A DNA stretch of 64,000 nucleotides from positions 62,001 to 126,000 of the IMG/VR virus record IMGVR_UViG_3300022935_000005. One strand, given 5' to 3'. A program made the translations under genes and the position numbers. The notes below the pieces were generated by a model. The model saw only the letters and a list, made by a program, of their open reading frames with translations, was not told the DNA's origin and made no database searches. Positions 47,645 through 57,800 of this stretch are shown in pieces; within the stretch, counting starts at the first letter, position 1; each line of letters begins with the position of its first letter.

Positions 47645-49162
47645 ATGTCAACAACGTTGTATAAAGAAGCGATTGCAGAAGCTCAACAGCTAAAAGAGTT
47701 AGCTGAGCAAAATGCAAAGAATAAAATCATAGAGGCTCTGACTCCTCGGATCCAAGCAATGGTAGAATCGCAACTACTGTCTGAACAAGATGATATAGAT
47801 ATTATAGATTCAGATGATGACGATGACGGTCTAATGCCTATGCCCACCCCTGAAATGCTCGTTGTACCTGACGAGGATGACGACGCGGAAATTGAGGCAG
47901 AGGTTGAGGCTAGCGTGGTTATTAACGCTCAGGGTGATGTTAATGTCGCCGTGACCGAGACCGTCAAAAAGAATCTCAAAGACATTAAAGAAGCAATCAA
48001 TAATTCTAACTCTGCGTCTTCCAATAGTAATAAGCTGGCTAACAGAATTGCTAAGCTTCAAGGGAAGGTTAGGAGAATGGATGCATTGTTGGAGAGTATA
48101 GATGCAAGTGCTCTTACTAACCAGCAACGCGCTGTAATCAAAAAGTCATACGAAAAATTGTTGGGGGAAGCCGTAACTTTACGCTCAGAGGCAATAGTTA
48201 TTTCTGAGAGTGAGGGGCAAGGCGTCCGACTTCAGCTGTTCGAAACATTAAAGGAGATGAATAACATGACTAAATCCCGCAGCCGCGCCATCTTCAACCA
48301 ACTATTTGAAGCTGGTTACGGCGAATTAGACGAAATGGAACTAGTTCTCAGTGATGAGGATCTAGAGGCACTTGGTGTTGAAGACGCTGAGGAAGCCGAT
48401 ATCGACGCCCTTGATATTGATATCGCGATGGAGGGTGGAGAAGAAGCCGAAGAAGAAGCCGAAGGTGAAGAAGAAGGCGAAGAAGAAGCAGAAGAAGGAG
48501 GCGAAGAAGAAGTTGAGCTTGACCTTGGAGAAGCTGATCACAAGGACGAACTTGATGAAGTCTTCGAAATCGACCCCGCGATGCTTCGTAACGAAATCCG
48601 TCGACTTCGCTCAATTAGAGAGCAAGCCGAAGAGGAAGCAGATCAATTCGGAGGCGGTGAGGTAGAGCTCGAGGTAATGGAGGTTGATGAGGAAGACCTT
48701 ATTAATGCTCTTGCAGATGAGCTTGGTTCCGTCGCTGATGTAGAGTCCGCTCCAGAGGCAACAGCTGGTCCAGTTGCAGAGCGCCGCCGTAGAACGGCAC
48801 GTCGCCGCACCGGTGCAAATAACGCTGTAGTCCGCGAAAACCGTGAGTTGAAGAAGCAACTCGATGAAATGAATCTTTTTAACGCAAAACTGCTTTATGT
48901 GAATAAGCTGATCCAGAATCGTAATGTGAGTTCTAAGCAGCAGCGTGCCATAGTCGAGGCTCTTGATAATGCCAAGACGGTGAGAGAGGCTAAGTTGGTC
49001 TATGAAGGACTGACCAAGTCACTTAACAAGAAGTCCCTTAGTGAGGGCACGAGAAGAGTTCTTGGATCTTCTAGCAAGCCAACTCGTAGCGGTGGTGCTA
49101 CGTTGAATGAGTCGGCACAGACTGATCGATGGGCTAGACTCGCTGGTATTAAAAGCAAGTAA
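47645..49162 (+). CDS. Prohead scaffolding/core protein (T4 gp22-like)
   Basis: Highly acidic coiled-coil protein immediately before the major capsid gene. Many [LIV]xE sites; C-terminal RWARLAGI. Confidence 0.8.
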   Translation: MSTTLYKEAIAEAQQLKELAEQNAKNKIIEALTPRIQAMVESQLLSEQDDIDIIDSDDDDDGLMPMPTPEMLVVPDEDDDAEIEAEVEASVVINAQGDVNVAVTETVKKNLKDIKEAINNSNSASSNSNKLANRIAKLQGKVRRMDALLESIDASALTNQQRAVIKKSYEKLLGEAVTLRSEAIVISESEGQGVRLQLFETLKEMNNMTKSRSRAIFNQLFEAGYGELDEMELVLSDEDLEALGVEDAEEADIDALDIDIAMEGGEEAEEEAEGEEEGEEEAEEGGEEEVELDLGEADHKDELDEVFEIDPAMLRNEIRRLRSIREQAEEEADQFGGGEVELEVMEVDEEDLINALADELGSVADVESAPEATAGPVAERRRRTARRRTGANNAVVRENRELKKQLDEMNLFNAKLLYVNKLIQNRNVSSKQQRAIVEALDNAKTVREAKLVYEGLTKSLNKKSLSEGTRRVLGSSSKPTRSGGATLNESAQTDRWARLAGIKSK

Positions 49163-49192
49163 TAGACGCTAACATTCAAAGGAGATAATGAA

Positions 49193-51106
49193 ATGTCTAA
49201 GAAATTCACTTTAGAGACGCTTACCGAAGGAATTCGCCAGCGTCATCAGGGCGAGGCAAATGCTCGTCTTACTGAGAAGTGGTCTCGGACGGGTCTTCTG
49301 CGTGGTCTAGACGGCGTCCATCGTGAAAACATGGCAACGCTACTCGAGAACCAAGCAGGACAGGTCCTTCGTGAGTCCTCAACACTTGGCGGCGGTGGTC
49401 TCAACCCTGCTGCTGGCAGCGGAGACATCCGCGGCTTTACCAACATCGCTTTCCCAATCGTCCGTCGTGTATTCGGTGGTTTGGTTGCTAACGAGTTGGT
49501 TTCAATCCAGCCAATGAGCCTTCCTTCTGGTCTGCTCTTCTACCTTGACTACACTTACGGCACAAACGTCGGTGGTGAGGGTGACGGCATTGGTAGTTCG
49601 ACAAAGAACACCTACAGTAACAACCAGTCGATTTACAACAACCCGGCTGGTAAGGGTATCCGTTCTGGATCACTCGGCGTAGGTGGTCAGTACGACCTTG
49701 CTGGTAGCGGCTACAGCCGCGTTCACACCGGCTCGAACGTTACTACCCTCGCTGACGGGGTCACTACAAGCGTTTTCTGTCTTGGTGGTAGTGCTTCTCA
49801 AACCCGTGCTGTTATTACAGGCGGTGGTCTTGCCTCTTCCGGTTCTGACGGTCGCTTCCTGCAGTTTGATCCCCAGATCAGCCAGTTGATTGATGAAGAG
49901 AGCGGCGAGTTCTTCTTCATGACCGTCGACTTGGGCGCGCTTGGTGCTGACTTCGATGTAACAGCAGTCAAGGAAGCAGCGCTTGTTCTTTCTGGTACAA
50001 CTGGTCTTACTGCCGCTCTTAATGACATGCAGCCAATTCCGGAGACAGTCCAGGGTGGTGCTGGTGTCTACAACATTCGTCGTCTGAACCAGCTTGTTAG
50101 TTCAAGCTCATTCAAGGGCGAGATCTCACCTGCACCGATGGCATCAGCTCAACAAGCTGGCGCTGCTCTATTGCTGGTCTGTTCAGGCTCTGTCATGAAT
50201 GACACCGCTTCATTCATGTTAACGTACCCGAAGACAGCGACTCTCAACGCTGATGACGGTTCAACTCTCGTTGTTCCAACATTCGAGTCTGATTTCGGTT
50301 CCGGTACTCCTGGTTCACCTGTTCCAGAGATTCCCGAGATCGATATCAAGATCGAGAGTGTTTCGGTTGTTGCTCAGACTCGTAAGCTCCGCGCCCGCTG
50401 GTCACCAGAGCTCGCTCAGGACTTGAACGCTTACCACAGCCTTGACGCTGAGGTTGAGCTTACTCAGATCCTCTCCGAGCAGATTGCCCTTGAGATTGAC
50501 CGTGAGATCCTCAACGATCTTCTCATGCAGGCTGATACCAACTACTACTGGGACCGTCGTCCTGGTCGTTTCGTCAACAAGAAGACTGGTGCCGATCAGA
50601 CAAGCGCTGGCTCGCTCACTTCACCTGCCTTCACTGGTACGGTCCGTGAGTGGTACGAGACTCTTGTTGAGACCATCATCGACGTTGCTAACGAGATTCA
50701 CCGTAAGACCCTTCGTGGCTCGGCGAACTTCATCGTTGTTAGCCCTGATGTTGCCACGGTTCTTGAGGCAAGCGTTCTTTACCGTCCAAGCCTTAGCATT
50801 GACGGTGACGGACAGGTCGGTGCCATGTCACTTGGCGCTGAAGCAGTTGGTAGCTTGAGCAACCGTTTCACGGTCTACAAGGACCCCTACTTCCCACGCA
50901 ACAAGATTCTTGTTGGTTACAAGGGTGGTAGCTACCTTGAGACTGGTTACGTATACGCTCCTTACGTACCTCTCATCGTTACTCCGACGATCTTCGCACC
51001 TGAGGACTTCACCCCGCGTAAGGGTGTCATGACTCGCTACGGTAAGAAGATGGTCCGTAACGACTTCTACGGTACCGTTACCTGCCTCGGCATGGACGTT
51101 ATCTAA
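49193..51106 (+). CDS. gp23: Major capsid protein (T4 gp23-like)
   Basis: KWSRTGLL, PIVRRVF, VSIQPMSLPSGLLFYL, TRKLRARWSPELAQDLNAYH, EIDREI, YAPYVPL and GVMTRYG. Strong codon bias. Confidence 0.96.
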   Translation: MSKKFTLETLTEGIRQRHQGEANARLTEKWSRTGLLRGLDGVHRENMATLLENQAGQVLRESSTLGGGGLNPAAGSGDIRGFTNIAFPIVRRVFGGLVANELVSIQPMSLPSGLLFYLDYTYGTNVGGEGDGIGSSTKNTYSNNQSIYNNPAGKGIRSGSLGVGGQYDLAGSGYSRVHTGSNVTTLADGVTTSVFCLGGSASQTRAVITGGGLASSGSDGRFLQFDPQISQLIDEESGEFFFMTVDLGALGADFDVTAVKEAALVLSGTTGLTAALNDMQPIPETVQGGAGVYNIRRLNQLVSSSSFKGEISPAPMASAQQAGAALLLVCSGSVMNDTASFMLTYPKTATLNADDGSTLVVPTFESDFGSGTPGSPVPEIPEIDIKIESVSVVAQTRKLRARWSPELAQDLNAYHSLDAEVELTQILSEQIALEIDREILNDLLMQADTNYYWDRRPGRFVNKKTGADQTSAGSLTSPAFTGTVREWYETLVETIIDVANEIHRKTLRGSANFIVVSPDVATVLEASVLYRPSLSIDGDGQVGAMSLGAEAVGSLSNRFTVYKDPYFPRNKILVGYKGGSYLETGYVYAPYVPLIVTPTIFAPEDFTPRKGVMTRYGKKMVRNDFYGTVTCLGMDVI

Positions 51107-51132
51107 GTCCTTTAATCTTCGGATTAACTTTA

Positions 51133-51160
51133 GCGGGGTCCCTTCGGGGGCCCCGTTTTT
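51133..51160 (+). terminator. Intrinsic terminator after major capsid gene
   Basis: GCGGGGTCCC-TTCG-GGGGCCCCGT followed by a T tract. Confidence 0.92.
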
Positions 51161-51221
51161 GTTTTAACCTATTTTTGATTCGATTATTATTGATAAAATT
51201 TGCTTTGCAAAGGAGAAACTT

Positions 51222-51542
51222 ATGGCTACTGCAAAAACCTCTTCAACTAGAAAAACGACAAGTTCTTCTAAAACTACTGCGGATTCTACTGTGACCTCTA
51301 CAACTGCTGCTTCAACAGCTTCTACAAGTGACGCAGCTGTTAATGAACTGAAAGCAAGAATTTCGCAACTTGAAGCTCAAATTGAAAACCTTGAGTCGAA
51401 AGTTGCCACAGCTACGGCTCTCGCCAGCTCTGTAAATAATGCCACAGTAACTGACAAAAATGTTGTCGATAAAGCTCTTCTTAGAAGGGCGTTGGAAAGA
51501 ATGGGCATTAGACAGCACGTAATTTCAGGGCTGGGTATATAA
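51222..51542 (+). CDS. Hypothetical protein (T/S/K-rich N-terminus plus coiled coil)
   Basis: 106 aa, AAGGAG SD. Confidence 0.65.
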   Translation: MATAKTSSTRKTTSSSKTTADSTVTSTTAASTASTSDAAVNELKARISQLEAQIENLESKVATATALASSVNNATVTDKNVVDKALLRRALERMGIRQHVISGLGI

Positions 51543-51575
51543 GAGCACCCCGCCGTTTCGATTCATAACTTTCAT

Positions 51576-51606
51576 AAAGACATTTCACCGCCTCGGTGAA
51601 TACTTA
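51576..51606 (+). promoter_or_regulatory. Extended promoter AAAGACATTTC-N11-GAATACTTA (neck operon)
   Basis: Same bipartite layout and spacing as 54784-54814. Confidence 0.6.
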
Positions 51607-51621
51607 AAAAGAGGTGGTGTT

Positions 51622-52788
51622 ATGTCTTCATTTACGTTTACTAGAAATCCTACGCCGTTTGGTTTTTTTGATACAGATGCAGACTTTCAGTCTGAAGCAG
51701 ACTCTGTTGTCACCTTTGTAAAAAGAAAACTAGGCGATGATATTCTTAGTGTCGAGCTGACAAAAAAGCAGATTTGGGCGTGTCTAGAAGAAAGTTTTCT
51801 AGAATACTCTAGAATCATTAACGAAGCCGATGCTAAGTCTCAACTAAATAATCACTTGGGCTATCCCACTGGGAGCGACGTCCAAGGGTTATTCCCTAAG
51901 CAGAACCTTGAATATCTCTTAAGGATGGCCGAACCCTACTCTATGGAGTCGGGAATCGGTGGTTCTTATAACGATGTCAGTGGCTCAATCCAACTGGTGG
52001 AAAACCAGCAAGACTACGATATATACGAGAGCTTGGTGGATGATGCAGGTAACCTGATTGTTTCCAGCAGCGCGAATACTCCAAGGAATAAGATGAGAAT
52101 CAGAGAGGTATTCCACTTTGATCCTCAAGCTGCTTATCGTTTTTTTGATACCACGTCTGCTGTCAATTATCTAAATAACGAGTTTAGCTTTGAGTCATTC
52201 ACACCTGAAACGGTGTTTTATGTACTTCCTGTGTTCGAAGACGTCTTGCGCGCCGGTCAGATGGACATATCAAATAGAGTAAGAAAATCAAACTACTCTT
52301 ATAGGGTCGTCGGAAGTAAGATCAGGATATTCCCACAACCAACAGGGGATATGACTAACAAGAAGCTCTGGATTAGAGTTGCTTTTAATCCCGATCCATA
52401 TAATCCTGACGTCACTGATGAAACAATCTATGGCACGTCGAACCTCTCGAATATCCCATTCGGCTTGTACGAATATAGTAAGGTTAACTCGATGGGCCGC
52501 CAATGGGTCCGACAATACTGCTTAGCGCTCTGTACAGAGTTGTTAGGGCAAGTTCGATCAAAGTTTTCATCTATTCCAATCCCGAACTCTGATTTAACGC
52601 TAAACGGAAGTGATCTGTTAAGCCAGGGACGTGAGGATCAAGCACGTTTACGAGACCAGATGGTAGAGCTCTTAGATAGTTTAACCTACTCTAAACTGCT
52701 AGAAGGACAAGCAACAGACGCAGAAAATATTCTAAGAGCGCTAAAGACTATGCCAATGCCGTTAGGCAAAGCAATACTAATCAAGTAG
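51622..52788 (+). CDS. Neck/head-tail adaptor protein (T4 gp13-like)
   Basis: KRKLG...VELTKKQI and WVRQYCLAL..ELLGQVRSKF...LNG motifs; position after the capsid gene. Confidence 0.8.
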   Translation: MSSFTFTRNPTPFGFFDTDADFQSEADSVVTFVKRKLGDDILSVELTKKQIWACLEESFLEYSRIINEADAKSQLNNHLGYPTGSDVQGLFPKQNLEYLLRMAEPYSMESGIGGSYNDVSGSIQLVENQQDYDIYESLVDDAGNLIVSSSANTPRNKMRIREVFHFDPQAAYRFFDTTSAVNYLNNEFSFESFTPETVFYVLPVFEDVLRAGQMDISNRVRKSNYSYRVVGSKIRIFPQPTGDMTNKKLWIRVAFNPDPYNPDVTDETIYGTSNLSNIPFGLYEYSKVNSMGRQWVRQYCLALCTELLGQVRSKFSSIPIPNSDLTLNGSDLLSQGREDQARLRDQMVELLDSLTYSKLLEGQATDAENILRALKTMPMPLGKAILIK

Positions 52789-52797
52789 CGAGGAGCC

Positions 52798-53460
52798 ATG
52801 GCACGTTTATTCATAACGCCGAGAGAACAAGCTCTGATATCAGACTTGACGAAAGAGATTGTTAAAGATGTCATAGGTCAAAAAATATACTACTACAGAG
52901 TAATGACCGAAGTTACCTCTGTCCATGATGTATATGAAGAAGCGATAGATAAACACTTCGATACCCCGGTAGAGCTCGACGCGACAGTAGAGTGGAACCC
53001 GTCAGAGACGGCAACCAACAGATTTGGTAGTGAGAAGGTAGCTACGATGAATGTGTACATTCACTACCGCGATTTGATTGATAAAGACATACAAGTGAAA
53101 GAAGGCGACTTCTTTTCTTATGGAGACACATTCTTTGAGATAGTAACGACGTCGTTCACTTCAGAAATATATGGCGAGGTAGAGTATAAGACAGGAATAC
53201 AGCTCGTAGGTAAGCAGGCTAGAAAGGGTCTCATTGACAAAGATCCAATCGGGCCTACTGACGAAGGTATTGGCGACAACGATGCAGTACAAGAGACGTT
53301 TGTTCAGCAAAGAGGTCAGGCCGAAAACAAGCTTGGCGAAACTGGTGACGTCCGCACGCTACAAGAACAGGGTAAGCTTGATGCCCCCGAGGATGGCCCG
53401 AGAGAGGTTTCACCCCGCGGTGATGACGATGACATTAGCTCCTCATTTTACGGTGATTAG
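52798..53460 (+). CDS. Neck/head closure protein (T4 gp14-like)
   Basis: GQKIYYY...VYEE...KEGDFF; synteny. Confidence 0.65.
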   Translation: MARLFITPREQALISDLTKEIVKDVIGQKIYYYRVMTEVTSVHDVYEEAIDKHFDTPVELDATVEWNPSETATNRFGSEKVATMNVYIHYRDLIDKDIQVKEGDFFSYGDTFFEIVTTSFTSEIYGEVEYKTGIQLVGKQARKGLIDKDPIGPTDEGIGDNDAVQETFVQQRGQAENKLGETGDVRTLQEQGKLDAPEDGPREVSPRGDDDDISSSFYGD

Positions 53461-53462
53461 AG

Positions 53463-54773
53463 ATGACTACTCGATACACAAATAATAAGAAAGGCTTTTC
53501 AGAGAAAGTCAATTCTGGGTATACAAATGATGTCGCTGATGATTTTTCTATGCCGTCATGTACCATAGAGGATGTCGATAGAGCTGTCTTTGAGCTGTTT
53601 GATAAAGAGCTACCCTTTTATTTCTCTAGAAAAGATGCGAAGAAAAAAATCCCTGTTATCTTTGCCACCGGTGAACGCTTCGCACTACTTGCAAGAAACA
53701 AACCACTTAGGGACAAGAGTGACGCCTTAATTTTACCGCTGATATCAGTTGTCAGAACCGGTATAGACCAAGATAGCGCCAAGGGCACTGGATTATTCCA
53801 GGGCGCACCTGTTCTTGTAAAAGTACAGCTCTCTGATGAGGACCCAATATACCAAAGATTGCAAAATAAGAATGGGTTCAAGAATGCTAGTGATATTGCT
53901 ATATCGGCTGATGACAACACTCCCGCTGGTTTGGGGGGCGGAACTACGCCCGACCAGCTTGCAACCAGGAGAGTTGCTCCTGCAATATCAGTATCAGCAA
54001 GAAACGGTACTATTCTAAGCAACAGCGTTAACAAGAATATTTTTGAATTTATAGAGATTCCGCCGATAAAACAGTACACTGCAAATTATGAAGTTACATT
54101 TTGGGCGCAGTATACACAAGAGATGAATTCTATGTTGACAGTCATGATGAACGGATACATAGAGAATCGCCGTCGCACTTACGTCGTGACGACAAAAGAA
54201 GGTTATCAATTCACGGCTTACGTTGACGCGGCACTAAGTCCACAAAACAACTTCGATGATTTTACCGATTCAGAGCGCCTTGTGAAGTATAGTTTCGCGA
54301 TGTCCGTAAGCGCTTACTTAGTAGCGGCTCAAGAGCCAGGGATGCCTGTTCCTTTTCGCAAAACGGTATCTGCACCAGAAATATCGTTTGATACTTCTAC
54401 TGCTGCGAGAGGCGGTCCTCAAACAGCCCCAGTGGCAGCAGTTGCTTCTGGAGACCCTAAAAGTTATGTGCTTGATGATATCGCGACCGAAGAAGATGGG
54501 TATCCAGCAGCCGCGATGGGAGCCGACCCTACGAAGTTGATATCAGGTTTTCCCGGTAATCCCGCTGCTTCAATTGGTGGCAAGCAATCTGATTTAGGTA
54601 ATTCAGGTCCAACCGCCATATTTACAGATATAGACCCCTTTACAGGTAAAAGGGAGAAAAGGATTATATTGATGTCCGCATCTACTCCTAATAAGGGAGA
54701 GACTGTTTTTAGGTTCGGACTTAAAGCACCCGAGGGTATTGCTATTGACTTGGGAAAATTACTTAAAGATTGA
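53463..54773 (+). CDS. Tail terminator/sheath stabiliser (T4 gp15-like)
   Basis: IPVIFATGER, LPLISVVRT and YEVTFWAQYTQEMN; lies between neck and sheath genes. Confidence 0.65.
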   Translation: MTTRYTNNKKGFSEKVNSGYTNDVADDFSMPSCTIEDVDRAVFELFDKELPFYFSRKDAKKKIPVIFATGERFALLARNKPLRDKSDALILPLISVVRTGIDQDSAKGTGLFQGAPVLVKVQLSDEDPIYQRLQNKNGFKNASDIAISADDNTPAGLGGGTTPDQLATRRVAPAISVSARNGTILSNSVNKNIFEFIEIPPIKQYTANYEVTFWAQYTQEMNSMLTVMMNGYIENRRRTYVVTTKEGYQFTAYVDAALSPQNNFDDFTDSERLVKYSFAMSVSAYLVAAQEPGMPVPFRKTVSAPEISFDTSTAARGGPQTAPVAAVASGDPKSYVLDDIATEEDGYPAAAMGADPTKLISGFPGNPAASIGGKQSDLGNSGPTAIFTDIDPFTGKREKRIILMSASTPNKGETVFRFGLKAPEGIAIDLGKLLKD

Positions 54774-54783
54774 TTTCGTAATA

Positions 54784-54814
54784 AAAGACATTTCGCTATC
54801 TCACAGAATAGTTA
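54784..54814 (+). promoter_or_regulatory. Extended promoter AAAGACATTTC-N11-GAATAGTTA (sheath 1)
   Basis: Same bipartite layout and spacing as 51576-51606. Confidence 0.6.
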
Positions 54815-54848
54815 TTTGTGATAGCTTAAGATCCAGGAGACCTGACTA

Positions 54849-57800
54849 ATGGCCGAACAAACATTTAGATCACCCGGTTTTTTCGAGAGAGAGATTGATG
54901 CATCTCAAAGACAGACAGAAATTGTGGGTGTTCCCGCAGGAGTAGTAGGTACCGCCGAGAAGGGTCCCGCTTTCGTTCCTGTTACAGTAGGAAGCACAGC
55001 AGATTTTGTTAACAAGTTTGGAACAGTAGATCCAGAAAGATTTGGACCGTACGCTGTAGATGCATTTCTTTCGAACAGAACTGCTTTGACATACGTTAGA
55101 GTACTGGGTGCTGGCGCGAATGAGACCGCCGCTGATATAACAAATACACAGAACACAGGGACCGTCTTAAACGCCGGGTTTAAAATTGAACCTATTATTT
55201 CTGATTCACCAATGAGTGCATCGGACAGTTCAGTCCAGTTCATCGTTGCGCGTCACGATGTATCCGCGTCAGCAGATTATTCGTTCCCGCAGTTTACAGA
55301 CAACCCTTCATTTGATCCAGGGAACACTGGCGACAAGGTTGACCTTGTTCGTGCTGTTGTTTTAACGGCATCAGGCTCACGCTTACAGGTTCTCGACATC
55401 GGAGAGACTTGGGGCAATGAGCTCGATCAAAACGCTGATCTAAAGAACGATTCAAGCCACGCTGCGAACCTTTGTTTTGCTCTGGCAATTTCGTCTTCGG
55501 CTGGTGCTGCTTTTACTAACGAATACCTTGATCAGGCTGGTGCGGGTGTTAAGATTGTTACTGCTTCGTTGAATCCGACACATCAATCATACATTACCAA
55601 TGTTCTGAATACTGACCCTCTGAAGTTCGCTGAAGAGAAGCACTTGCTATATCTCGACTTCGCGGTTGAAGATGAGTTGGCTTCTGTAGATGTTAACGCA
55701 GCACCAGCTGTAAGTGTCCTGTCAGGATCTAACAACGTGGTTACAACTGCTCTAACTGGCAATGCTGCCAAAGCTTTGAATGCGTTTGGTCGATTCGACA
55801 CAAGGTTTAGAACACCGAAATCACCTGCGATTATTTCACAGCCCTATGGAAAGAAAGAGCACGATTTGTTCCACTTCGAGACGCTTTCAGATGGTGAGTG
55901 GGGTAATGACAAAGTCAAGATCACCATAGCTAATATTAAGGCGTCGACAAACGACAACTACCCTTACCCAAGCTTCGAGGTTCAAGTACGTCGCTTTGAT
56001 GATTCCGATCTTGATCAGCAAGTCTTAGAGGCATTCCCAGGATGTGTCCTTGATCCAGACTCAGATAACTTTATCGGTAAGAAAGTCGGTGACTACAAGG
56101 CACGTTACAACTTCGACGCCACGAACGCGGCTGAAAAGAGAATCATCGTTACCGGTCGTTATCCAAACGTCTCAAATTTCGTGAGAGTTGTTCTTAACGA
56201 TGCAGTCTATAACAAGACCCTTCCAAGAGACGCATGTCCTTTCGGGTTCCGCGGCGTTCCGGTAATCAAGACTTCTGACGCGATGACAGATCGCCTCCAT
56301 ACAGGTCTCGAGCTCGACGGTATAACTTATGGTCAGGCAGGAGCGTCTCTTCAAAGGTTGTGGGGTGCTGATAAGTTAACCACTAGATACGCACTAACCG
56401 GTTCAATCGTTCCTCCGCTACCTCTTCGTTACAAGGTAACGCGTGGTGATGCAAAGGATGGCTGGTTCTCAGGTTTCCCTGGAGAGAAAGAGCTTGTTGA
56501 TAAGCGTCTCAACTGGGGTGTTAAGTACGAGCGTTGTCCAGAAACCGGAAGTATTGCAAACGCGAATCAGAACGTTAACGCTTCTAGCGTTCTCAACCCT
56601 CTAGTCCGTGCGTACTCTAAGTTCCAAGGGCTAGCAGAGATTGGCACTATTCTTACTGGCTCTGGCGCTGATGCCTTTAACGCTAACAAGTTTACTCTTG
56701 CTAGAGTGGTTCTTGCAGGTACTGGCTCTACCGCCTCGACGCTGCTAGACAACCTAACCGGATCCGCTCCAGAACATATGCTTGAAGCTGCGTACATCAG
56801 AAACGGTGTACCGGACTCCAAAGACTACACGATCATGGATCCGGATCTTTCTGATTACGGCAGAATTACTCTAGCGACTCTAATCCAGAGTTCATCAGTG
56901 AAGTTTAACCGCTTCACACCGTACACTGCTTTCAACATTCCAGTATTCGGTGGGTTTGACGGTGTTAATATCTTAGACAAAGATATGAGATACATGAACG
57001 ATAGAGCGGCATCGACAGATGATACCTCGAGCGTTGATGGTCAGATCGGAAAGGCCGCGTCTGGTTTCAGCGCTGGTACAATCGGTCTGAGGTCGAACCC
57101 AGGCGGTACTGGACGAAAGAACAACAGCATTGCTTCTTACAGAGAAGCCGCGACGATTATTACTGATCCCATGTCTACAAGGATTAACATCCTAGCAATT
57201 CCTGGAATCAGGGACTCATATGTCACGGATTGGGCCGCAGAGAGAACGAAGGACTACTCTATGGCTATATACCTCATGGATATTCCTGCGTGGTCTGAAG
57301 CCCAAGCACGTCTATTCCTCACTGAGGACCGCGAAGCTATCGCGTCTGCATCGATTGCGTGGCCTGATGTTAGAGAAACAGCTGAGCAGTTTGAGTCCAG
57401 AGTGTTTGATAATAACTACTCTGCGACGTACTTCCCAGATGTGTACATCACCGACAAGACCACTGGAAGCAGAGTAAGAGTTCCCGCTTCTGTGGCTGCT
57501 ATTGGAGCTTTGGCTTACAACGATTCAGTCGCATACCCGTGGTTCGCTCCGGCAGGTTTCAACAGAGGTGGCCTTGACCAAGTCAAGAACACAGACATTA
57601 GGTTGACGGCTGGTGATAGAGACACGCTATACGACGCAAGGATCAACCCGATTGCAAACTTTGCTGATGGTAGCTTCGTAATCTTCGGTCAAAAGACTTG
57701 CCAGCTCGCTCAAAGCGCGCTTGATAGAGTTAACGTCCGTCGAATGATGCTAGAGTTGAAGCGACAAGTTGTATCCGTTGCCGATAAGATTCTATTTGAG

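Noticed and set aside
48420-48520. GAA-rich quasi-repeat
   Set aside because: It encodes the Glu-rich low-complexity tract typical of scaffolding proteins.
40294-51106. Introns, inteins or homing endonucleases in terminase, portal or capsid genes
   Set aside because: The ORFs are uninterrupted, and no intein splice motifs or LAGLIDADG/HNH/GIY-YIG ORFs were recognised.
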